Shown here in pieces: positions 53,601 to 64,000 of a DNA stretch of 64,000 bases. The DNA is from Enoplolaimus lenunculus. Lineage: Eukaryota. Location: contig JASANG010001409.1 of the NCBI GenBank assembly GCA_030248215.1, positions 1-64,000 on the forward strand. Reading direction: 5' to 3'. The position numbers and the translations under genes were made by a program. How positions within the stretch are numbered: the first letter of the stretch is position 1; every line of letters starts with the position of its first letter. Under the pieces are notes generated by a model. It worked only from the letters and a program-made list of their open reading frames with translations, did not search any database and was not told the DNA's origin.

Positions 53601-56600
53601 TATTTTGCTTATACTTCTCAGATTTGCCCGAGATATCGTATAAATATGTCAGAAACAGCTGAATAAAAGTTTCCAATTGATCGGCAATAAAGCCGAATTT
53701 CTGGTTGAAAACTAAACTTTGGGTTTGATTTAATTATAGCCTATTATTGTCACAATTGCTTTGGTTCTTGAATATTGTCAATGAAAGTTTTTCTTGTTGT
53801 TACTGGTTTGGTCCTGTACAGACATAAAAGGGGGAACCGCACCCAACAGTACGAATTGATATTTTTGCAGGCAACTCCCTTTATTGAAACGTTATTCATA
53901 GTAGCGATTCCAGAGGGGGCGGGGTGGGGAGGGGGCGTACGCCCGCCCCATCAGAAATATTTTTGTGCTAAAATGGTAAGGTTCCTACCTTACAGTTTTT
54001 TTACCATTTTTGGCCCTCAGAAAATTTTTTCTGGTAATAAAATGATAAGGTCTCTACCTTACAATTTATGTGTTTCATTACATTTGCCCGTCCGCCTCGC
54101 ACTGTCAGAAATTTTTAGATTAGCCTCTGGTTATTCACGATTTGACACTGCAATACTAACAAGCAGCCCGTAAAATAGGCAAAAAGACAGAGTACACATC
54201 TCCAGCATAATTGACGTTTTTCACTGATAGGTAAAACAAAGCACAACCAGTGCCCGATGGGCCGTCGTATGTGCAATGTTCTATAACTTTGGAGGCTTGA
54301 GTGAATTTTAAAAATACCATTAGGATTATTTTGTTTGACTAAAGTAGTATCTTTTTGCATTATGAAACATCATAATGTGTAAAAAGCGGGGGGCTTTTTT
54401 CTAGACCTAAAATATTAGCACCATTTTTTACCAGGTTTCGTTGAACTAGCTTTAACCCTTTATCACATGAATATTTTCAATTTCATATAAGATGCCCTTT
54501 CAAGGTAAGATTCGATCCCCAGTCGTATACGATGACCACTGAGCTATACGAACTTGATGCTCGAGCCAGCAACACAGACACTATAGCAGTGTTTAACAAT
54601 TCTAACATATATGTGCAGTGCAAAATCTCTACAATACGCTCGAGCCCGAGGGGGCTCTCACGTCTTGTAGAGATTTTGCACTGCACATATATGTTAGAAT
54701 TGTTAAACACTGCTACAGTGTCTGTGTTGCTCATATATTGCGTGTATTTATGTTGTTCATATGAGTTAAAGGGTTAAATCAAGACAGCAATGCTAAAAAA
54801 CAGAAAAGATTCTAGACGGCAACATATTAGCGGTTTGAACTATATCCAATATTCCGGAATAAGTAATTCGGAAACAAAGTGCTTTTAAAAGACACGACCT
54901 CCGGGCTGTCTCATAAACCAATTGTTTAAATTTCCTTTTGCAAAGTCCGCCCCGACTACCAATTTGTCACTGCGCACTATCTGGAAAAGACATATGGGTC
55001 CGTAGCCCAGGGGGGCCAGGGGGTGCTCAGCCCCCTGGAAACATTTTCGCCCCTTTAGAAAATTTTCAACTTTACCTGTAAGTCAACAAAAACCCTTGTA
55101 TGGTCCACCTGAAACAACGTTGATAGTTTTTTTGTGTTTTTCTCTGTTTAAAAGTAGGACACCAGGTGATTGTTTTTGAAAAACATTAATTTAATTTAAA
55201 GTCAAATCATTTTGTGAACTATTTTACTTAAAAAATTACCTTAAATGTTTAATTTTTGAACCACAAAAGTATACTGTAACACTTTCGATGGTTATTTTGG
55301 TACTAATTTTCGATTGATATGCAGAACTTTAGTTTACTAAATGGCGGTAATCTCAGTTCACTATTTTGTCTCAGTACCATGATCGGATGTCGCCAAGATT
55401 TGATTTGGAAGTTGAAGCACGGCTGGTTTAAAAAGATTAAGAACTCATTTCTGAGCAGACTGAAACTGCTTCAAAGCTAAAAAGACAATTTAAGATCCTT
55501 AACCAGTAACAATGTTTTCTGTTCTTGTTCCTAAACTTCAAGAAATCATGTATATATCGCATGTTTACCGTCACCATACCAATTGCGAGAACTTATGGCC
55601 AATGTAAAGAACATGGGTGGAACAGCATTACCAGCTTTTTCCTAAACCTAAGCCTAAGCCTAAGCCTAAGCCTAAGCGTAAGAATGAGCATATTCCTAAG
55701 CCTAAGCCTAAGCTTAAACTTAAGCGTAAGAATGAGCATACTCCTAACCCTAAACCTTAAATTTACTGTAAGGAGCTGGAAGTTTGACGTACCTTCAACT
55801 CTTGTTTCTAAAAAATATCAGCACCGCAACACAGTTTCACTCCTTTAATAGTGCACTCCTTTAATAGTACACTCCTTACCGTGATTATTACAGTACAATG
55901 AATACTTACTTTCTAGGCCTAATCTTAAATCTCTTATCCAAATCCTGCTTGCATTCAGCAGAGTGTGTAAATGACTATCAATGATATGTTATCAAATATG
56001 ACCAGGTGCTTTTGTGCCGCAAATCATTTACTGGAACGCCTGAGTGTGGTACAGTATTATACAATTAATTATTCAGGCAACAAATTGCACCAAAATTGCA
56101 ATTAATACATTTATGGTTCTTTTTTTATACTTTTGGGTTGTGATGTAATATTGTGTTTTAGGCTCGGCTAGTTTAGGGGGCCAATGTAAAAAGAACAGGG
56201 GCGGAACAGTATTATAAGCATATTCCTAAGCCTAAACCTAAGCCTAAGCCTAGGCGTAAACGTAAGAATGAGCAAATTCGTACACCTAAGCCTTAGCCTA
56301 AGTCTAAGCCGAGCAAAAAATTAGTCTAAAGCTTAAGCTTACTCTTTTGCAGTCCCATAGAGAAACGTTCCGCCACTGATCTTTACATGGGCCAGGGCGA
56401 AAGGCGAGAAATTAGACGTAAGCCTTAAGTGATAATTGTATAAGTATTTATAGCGAAATAAATTATGTCAGTTTATTTGTTTAGTTCTGACCGCTGTGTT
56501 TTTGAGCATACCATATATGTATGTATTTGCGGACGAGATAGCTAGTCAAAAATTGTTTATGACCTTTAGGAACTTAAAAAAGATATCAGCTAAACACAAA

Positions 56601-57516
56601 AACGTTTTCTGATATTCACGAAATATTTTCTTAAATTGAAAACAATTTTATGTCTTAATCTATGCACCAGACAGATATGTCTTGAATGCAAAACATTAGT
56701 TTCTGAAATTTTTCAAAAAAATGTGTTTGAAATTTTTAATACATAAATGTCTAAAACTTAACAGTGTGTTTCATAAACTATTAAAATAAATATTTTTGAA
56801 ATACAAGACAAATATGTCTGAAATGTAAGACAAATATGTGATAAATAAAATAATTGTTTTGCTGATTTTTGAGATATACATGTCTTCCAAAAAGGTTAGC
56901 CAGAGAAATCGCCTTCAAAATTGGGAGTTAAGCTCGACCAAATTTTCTAATATTACAACCTAGGATACGTACAAGTCGTAAACTTTGGTTGGGGGGGAGC
57001 CTGAGTTCAACCCGAAATATCTTTGAAATTCGATTATTTATATACTCTCTTAAGAATATAAACAGAGCAACTTATTTTACATACATAAAAATCAGAGAAT
57101 AAATTCTTGAATATAAGACAACTATTTCTTTGAAGAAAGAAATTATTTCTTTATAAATTGTAAAAAAGATATAATTTCTTGAATATAAGACATTTATATT
57201 TTAACCATTTCAGACACTAAAATTCTGAGCTGTTTAAAGCACTTAATGTCTAAAATACAAGACATTAATCTCTTGATAATTTAAGAAAGTAGGGGTCTTG
57301 AAAGTTCAAGATAATTTATTTGGTGTGGGGGTTTTACAGCGCAAGCGAAGATAAAATTTGCAAGGACAACTGAAATACTTCAAGTTTACCTGCATCTCTT
57401 TGGCTTCGTCTAGCTTCAGGCTCGGCAGTACTTTTTAACTTTCAGAGTTATTTTTGAGGTTTAATAAATATCACAAGCTTAATAACACAATTGGCTTTAT
57501 CCGCTAATAGCAAAAC

Positions 57517-59185
57517 ATGACGTTTGTATGGGCTTTACAGTTCACACTGCTAATTGTGGCAAATTTAATACCTGCGGTTCAAAATTATAACCAAGACCCA
57601 AAGCTTTACATCGACGTTGAATGTATTGAATATGTTGAACCAATGATTAATGGTTTTAAAATTCATATTCCTGTATCGTTTTTAAATAATTATTTAAATC
57701 CTTTGAAGTCACCGACAATATATGTTACAGCGGTTCCGTTGGCAAGTCCTAAAACAGATTTTAACGAAATAAACGAGCCATTTTATAGTTCGTCAGGATT
57801 AACAGGAACAGTACATCAAGGTCCAGTGCGAAAAAAGATATACTACGAAGAAATAAACAATTATGTTGTTGCGTTGAGTAAGTTTAAATGCTTTATTCGA
57901 TTCACTAGTTTGCTGTTGCATTGTACAGGCTAAAAGGTCTGGTTTGGCCAAAAAGAATCTGGTCAATGTAAAGAACAGGGGCGGAACAGCGTTATAAGCG
58001 TATTTCTGAGCTTAAACCTAAGCCTAAGCCTAAGAGTAAGAATGAGTTTATTCCTAAATTTAAGCCTAAGCCTAAAACCAAGCAAAAAATTAATCTAAAG
58101 CTTAAGCTTTACTCTATTGCAGTCCCACAGGAAAACGTTCCGCCCCTGATCTATACATGGGCCAAGAATCTCAACGTCCGGCGCTGTTGTCCGCTTGTTG
58201 TTCGGGCAATTTTTAAAACCTTAATTTCTGGTCGAAATAAACTTACATTTATAACAACTTCTGGTTCCGATTTCGGTTCCGGTTCAGGCGGCACTTGTTC
58301 AGCTTCGTCTCCGGCAATTTTCATTCACGTGTTAGCATGGTAAATTAGCAGTAGGCTTCGTTGCAGAGACATTTTTTATGTGGACCTGTGCGGTTAAGTC
58401 GATAACTGAGCGGTGATCAAATAGGAAACAGAACGAAATTTTTGGTCAGATTTTACAACAGTTCCAGTCGAGTTATTATTGACCAGAAGCTAAAAAATAA
58501 CAGTAAGCTTAATCTTTAAATATAATATTTTGCTTGGGCTTAGTCTTAATAGGCTGAGCTATAACCTCCGTTTTACGCTTACGTTTGTGGTTTTAGGCTG
58601 TTAAAATAAGCTTATATTACTGTTACGAGCCTGTTCTATACATTGACCATAACGTCTGACTTAAGCCAAACCTGGTCAAATTTTGGCAAAGTTGAACGTT
58701 TAAATTTCGTTGTTTCAGAAAATCTTACTTCTAAATCGTGGTACTTCGTGTGCATCGAATTTGAAAATATGGACCGACGCGGACGTCAAGGCTTCATGAG
58801 TACGTCCTGCCGCATGGCTCGTACCTTGGACCATTTCGGCCGTACTTCAAACTCCACTATCATCAAAATTAATCTAACAGCCATTTCCGCTACTTCGATT
58901 CAATTTAACTTAATTTCGACCGCAGAATTTTCGGTATTTTATGACATTTACTTAAATTCCGGTCAGACGCCGCTGCAACGCTACTTTGTTCCACAGGCCG
59001 CTCACGAAACAACTGTTCATGGTAAAATAGAAGGCCTTAGGCCTGGCGGCCAAAATTATGGTGCTCTGTGTGTAATAGAGAGCCCGTTGAAAGAAGCCTA
59101 TACGGCTATGGGCCGTGCGATTCAATTACATCAAACTGGCTGCTATTTGAATGAGTTAAAAACTTTATCTCGGGACGAAAGTTAA
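57517..59185 (+). CDS. Putative secreted protein with fibronectin type III-like motifs, ~275 aa; exons 57517-57877 and 58719-59185
   Basis: Signal-like MTFVWALQFTLLIVANLIPAVQN. The gtaagt donor and tttcag acceptor join ORFs 57517 and 58643 in phase 1. Motifs LKNLTSKSWYFVCI...SCRMART and IEGLRPGGQNYGALCV...CYLNELKT resemble FN3 E-G strands. A further 3' exon cannot be excluded. Confidence 0.75.
57961..58163. mobile_element. Family T1 TTAGGC MITE in the intron of the FN3-like gene
   Basis: ggtcaatgtaaagaacaggggcggaac ... gttccgcccctgatctatacatgggcc; perfect 8-bp TSD aagaatct. Confidence 0.88.
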
Positions 59186-59200
59186 AACGGTAGAAAAACT

Positions 59201-59548
59201 GGCCAATGTTACTTTTAGGGCCGTAACAGTAGATTAAGCGTATTCCTAAGCCTAAGCCTAAGCCTAAGCGTTGCAAAAATGTGTCCCTAAGCCTAATCCT
59301 AAGGTTAAGCGTTGCGAAAATGTGCTCCTAAGCCTAAGTCTAAGCCTAAGCGTTCCAAAAATGTGTTCCTAAGCCTAAGCCTACGCGTTGCAAAAATGTA
59401 TTCCTAAGCCTAAGCCTAAGCCAAACCGTTGCAAAAATGTTTTCCTAAGCCTAACCCTAAGCCTAAGCAAAAAATTAATCTAAAATCTAAACCTACTGTT
59501 TTACAGACCCACCAGAAACCTGGACGCCCCCAAAAGTATCATGGACCA
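59201..59548. mobile_element. Family T2 TTAGGC MITE with a higher-order (gcctaa)n-gcgttgcaaaaatgtg array
   Basis: TIRs ggccaatgttacttttaggg and ccccaaaagtatcatggacc; about 5 higher-order units. Confidence 0.82.
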
Positions 59549-61570
59549 AAAACCGTTTAAACTGAATGCTATACTTTTTGACCGCATTGAGCAACAATGT
59601 GCCGCCCTAGTACGCTGTTTTTTGTCCTGGGTCAGACAATTTGCCTCTAAATGCTAAACCTTACTGCTACAGTTAACTGTTATTTTATTGTACTATAAAG
59701 CATATAAGTAATAATAACAAGCAACAACATCGAAGAAACCTAAAAACAAGTCCCGAATCTCAACTTGAATTTAGCCTAAGTCCAGCGAACCAATCTAAAG
59801 TTGGTGACCAAACCTAAAACTGGATAGCCGACCAATTTCGTTCGGGACTTGTTCTATACATTGGTGAACTATATACCATTTTCAACCATAGTTAATAAAT
59901 ATACTCATACAGTCATAGTAATTTAAACCCATTTAGGTAAAACTGGCTAACATTTGCCCAAAAATTTGCGAATTACTTATACCATTTACGTCTACAGTTT
60001 CGACCACAGCTGGTCTGTATGTTCACAAAACGGTCAAGGTGTTGGAATACCGTGTTATAGATGCCAAAATCCTATCTTCATAAGTATCAAATGCAATTTA
60101 CTTGCAGTTAACAGTGGCTCTGTCTACAACACTAGGAAGGGTCAAGAAGAAATTTTGCACAAACCATAGGCAGTATTTGGGTTTACGAATGATAACTACG
60201 TAATATCAAAGCCGGAGCAGCCATCCCCATATCCTCTATGGCCCCACCCCAAAGACGAACCCCGACCCGACCACGATTTTAACCAAAAAATTTGAGAAAC
60301 AGTTTGATCGTCGAAATGGATCCATAGCCCAGAAGTTTAGCCCTCCCAAGCTTGCTGAGGCACTGCGTAATACATGGGTTTGTATTGACTCAGCTTTCAA
60401 GTACTCTATTCTCTGCAAATATGCGAATAACGGAGGGCATAGCAAAGAGATTATTCTTTAGAAGATTCAATTTGTTCATACAAAGCACAAAAAGTAATAA
60501 AAATACAATAAGGTTATTAATGGCAGAATAATCAGAGTGATTAATACATCCGGTGACCATGTGCCCGAATATATGTTGAATTTTTCAATTTAGCAGTAAA
60601 GTATACCATATGTTCATTTACCGTAAGAAGATTACAAGAAATATCAGTTCACTTATTCACATATACACATATTTGATGGCAGATACTTTTGCAGGTTTAT
60701 AGGGCCTGATTGGCACAAATAGGACCCCCAAAGGTCAAATCCAAAATTTACCTCTAAATGTTTAAATATTTTGCGTAACCTTTTGCATTAAGCCCAATTT
60801 ACACGTGCAACTTTTTGCAGCAAAACTTGCACGTGCAACACTTGCATGTGTAAGTTTGGTCATAAAGCAGCTTTGAAGTTGTTGCAGTTGAAAAGTATTC
60901 ACTGGAATTTATGCTATTTAATTTAATCCGCATCTGTGGACGCAGTTACAAGTCGCTTTAATTTGTTACATCTCCGTTTTAAGATTAGACAATCGGAATG
61001 TTCCTTTGAAAATACTTGCTGCTGCAAGTATTTGCTACAAGTGTCAGTTGCGTGTTCTCGCTGCAAAGAGATTACGTGAAAGTAGAAGTTTTTAACTAAA
61101 AGTTTTGTGCGAGCGAGCTTAGCCCCGTAAAAAAGTTTGTTAGCATGTACGAGGCTAAACACTTAAGTTATCAAGTTTGTATAAGTACCTATTGTTTATT
61201 ATATCCCCAAAAGTTTTTGAGAACACATATCTCAGGTTCCGCTAATATATACGCGCGAAAGCTTTAAAGAAATGTCGAGCCACTACCGGATCCGAATAGC
61301 AAGATGGCAGCTAAGAGGCATACGGAAGTGATTTGTTTTGCCCCACGAAGCATAATATTACACGTCAGAGACACTATTCAAGTTGTTTTAAAACTACACT
61401 TTTCGCTTTCAATACCCTTTCTCACATGAATATTTTCAATTTCATATATATGAGATGTAATTTCATTAAGATTCGATCCCCAGTCGTTTGGGTGGGAGGC
61501 GTTTACGATGACCACTGAGCTATAACATTTTGCAATAAAGTTTGTTCTATGACAGTTGACGAAGAGCAAA

Positions 61571-61940
61571 CAGTGGCTGGCTTTCTGAAACCACACTTAA
61601 GTATTATTTGGTACTTAACTACGTGCTAAGTAAATACTTAGCGATTTTGTCGTTTTTAAAAGTGTACTTGAGTTAAGTAAATACTTAGACGCTGTCTAAA
61701 TCAAATAGATTACAAATTAAACGTTTAGGTATGCTAACCTTGGTTTAGCTGAAATTGCAGACTCGTGGTTGCTCCTTAATATAAAGCAAACTATTACTTT
61801 TTTCTAATGACAATGGTTCACATTTGGCGTTTACCTGTTCTGTTCGAACAGTTAGTATTTACCTAAGTCATTGACTTAAGTAATTACTTAAGCATAGCTT
61901 ATGTAAATACTTAAGTAAGATCTCAGAAACCCAGCCATTG
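61571..61940. mobile_element. MITE with cagtggctgg termini and cttaag-rich interior
   Basis: TIRs cagtggctggctttctga and tcagaaacccagccattg. Confidence 0.7.
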
Positions 61941-62350
61941 GGTTATATGCGAATAAACGACGTAAATATAGTATCATGGTTAGAGTTAAACGAGTTATTT
62001 CTGTTAAGCATATTAATTCTTATCCGAAACACATACCGACAAGATATTGAAACAAGGAAGTAACTTGCAAATTAGACGGCAAAAAACTATGAGGGGGGAC
62101 CACTATGGGTTCCACCTCGAGAGTTGAACTGAACTTCAATCTTTGGATGTTACATTCATCTCAACCCGGGTAATTCAGAAAATAGACGATAGCTTGGAGG
62201 TTGGACGAATTTTAATTTTGAGTTGAGTCAAGGCATACTACCTATAGTTTCACTTAAGTCAGAGTGGCAAGCAAATAACCATTTGTATACCCGACATACG
62301 GTAAAGTCTTTATAAAGACATGCTTCAAACTCTGGGACCGTTTTGGCCAA

Positions 62351-64000
62351 TTATCGTCGCCGAGTACCATCTTCAAAGAACACACCGCCATCCAAAGCAC
62401 AATATTTCGGGCAAATACCTTTTTCGCCAGGATTACCAGGAGCACCAGGAGGACCCTGAAAATGTTTGAATTAATTTAGCTTTTACATACACTGTAAATT
62501 CCCGTGAGTTGATTTTAAATCAGAGTTCAATCATTTAGTCTGAGTTAGGACTATCAGAACTCAGAATTCTGAGTTGATTCAACTCATTCTGATTTATTTG
62601 ATCAGCTTCCATGGAATCAACTCAACTCTAGTGTAACAATCAACAAAACTCCTAGTGAGCTAAAATTTTATGATAACTCTAACTCAGAATAAGTTACTTC
62701 AATTCAGAATTCTGAGTTGTACAAACACCTAATTCACAGCTCAAGCTTCTGAGTGGATTCAACTCATTCTGAGCTAAAATCAACTCACTGGAATTTACAG
62801 TTAATATGATTTAATTTTTAGAAAGTTCGTCAAAATATTGGTTGAATCAATCAAAACGAAGAACCGGAACCGATTATGGAAGTAGGCTCCTGCTCCCCTA
62901 CGATTGTGGAAGGGGCATACTTCGGCAGCCAGTTTTTTAAGTTTTATCTGTTGTTTCCTGAAAATCTTGAGAATTATTTCTTGAAATTAATTAAAATAAA
63001 GTTTATTCGTCATCAACTGTTCTCACAACTGACCTGCGGTCCAGGGTTGCCAGGTTGACCTGGCGCGCCAGGCGGCCCTGGCGGGCCTTTCGGACCTGGC
63101 GGTCCAGGTTGGCCGCTCGCACCAGGCCGGCCTGGCTGTCCTGGCGGACCAGGCGGGCCAGGATCACCCGGTTCGCCTGGATCGCCAGGAATCGGCTGTG
63201 AGCTTGGAGCAGGTTGGCCAGGATCTCCGGGTGGCCCGTCTGGACCTGGTCGGCCGGGAGCTCCTGGGTTACCAGGTGGACCTGGCGGTCCTGGAATCGG
63301 TGCACCGCCGTTTTGCCCAGGTTGGCCAGGAGGCCCAGCGTCACCTGAAACAAAATACAGAACCTGACTAGGTTGTGTCGCTTTTTGCCTAAAAATAAAA
63401 CTTGACCCTGAGGAACCATTTTGAATCTGTATAACATTTTTGAACCATTACGAAAAAGACCCTGCCGGGCGCGTATTCAAATAAATCTTTTCAGTCCGTC
63501 CCTGAGTTTTGAACTTCTAAGGGGCATCATTTGAACTTTTTTGCTGGTCGATATTAATTTTTAGGCTGTTTACCGGCCGAGACAGACAACATTGGGGCCA
63601 AAATCGGCCGTGAAAGTTTATACCAGTGACGTCGATCAGTGAAACCAAAGGTCGATTATGCTGCTCGACAAGGTGATGCAACAATCCTTATTTGGCATGA
63701 CGCAAAAGTGTACCAGCTCTCGTTGCGGTTTGGCCCGATGCTGAACTGAAACCTCAATGCATTCACTATACTATAGCGATTCAGCTTATAGCTTTAAATA
63801 GATATGTGAGTTGAAAATTTTAAACCTACTAACCAGGTGGACCAGGTGGGCCCGGAGGTCCTGGTGGACCAGGAGGGCAAACAGGACATGGAGCTGGTGT
63901 CGGAACGTTGCACGCACCATTTGGCGGGCGGCCAGGGTTTCCTGGCATACCAGGGGCTCCTGGTTTTCCCGGCCGCCCTGGTCGGCCCGGCGGTCCTGGT
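62351..64000 (-). CDS. Nematode cuticle collagen, 5' end outside the window; exons >64000-63834, 63344-63034, 62455-62351
   Basis: Gly-X-Y blocks, the interrupting Cys region [22 protein letters not shown], and the C-terminus [25 protein letters not shown] typical of the col-1/sqt-3-type group. Exon phases are consistent. Confidence 0.96.

Noticed and set aside
63003..63437. 144-aa ORF in the track
   Set aside because: Alternative reading frame of the collagen exon, running into introns.

Overview
AT-rich, repeat-dense nematode genomic DNA: TTTCAG/TTTTAG splice acceptors, TTAGGC telomeric-type repeats and a cuticle collagen. Positions ~24-30884 form one ~31-kb inverted repeat with its axis near 15.1 kb. 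Degraded matches to the Oxford Nanopore ligation adapter sit at the window start and at the axis, so this palindrome is most likely an unsplit template+complement read artefact rather than biology. Four spliced genes were reconstructed by hand with consistent exon phases. They are a 9-exon, 407-aa LAMP-family lysosomal membrane protein with two lumenal domains (28795-34784, +), a 5-exon, 139-aa fatty acid-binding protein (41299-44597, -), a 2-exon secreted FN3-like protein (57517-59185, +), and the 3' part of a cuticle collagen (62351-64000, -). The rest is mostly non-autonomous DNA transposons (MITEs), often nested. They include GG-terminated, 8-bp-TSD elements carrying TTAGGC arrays, TTAA piggyBac-like elements with an internal tRNA-like segment, PIF/Harbinger-like, hAT-like and CACTG-ended palindromic families. 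No autonomous transposase, rRNA, intact tRNA or CRISPR was seen. Most short ORFs in the track are spurious.
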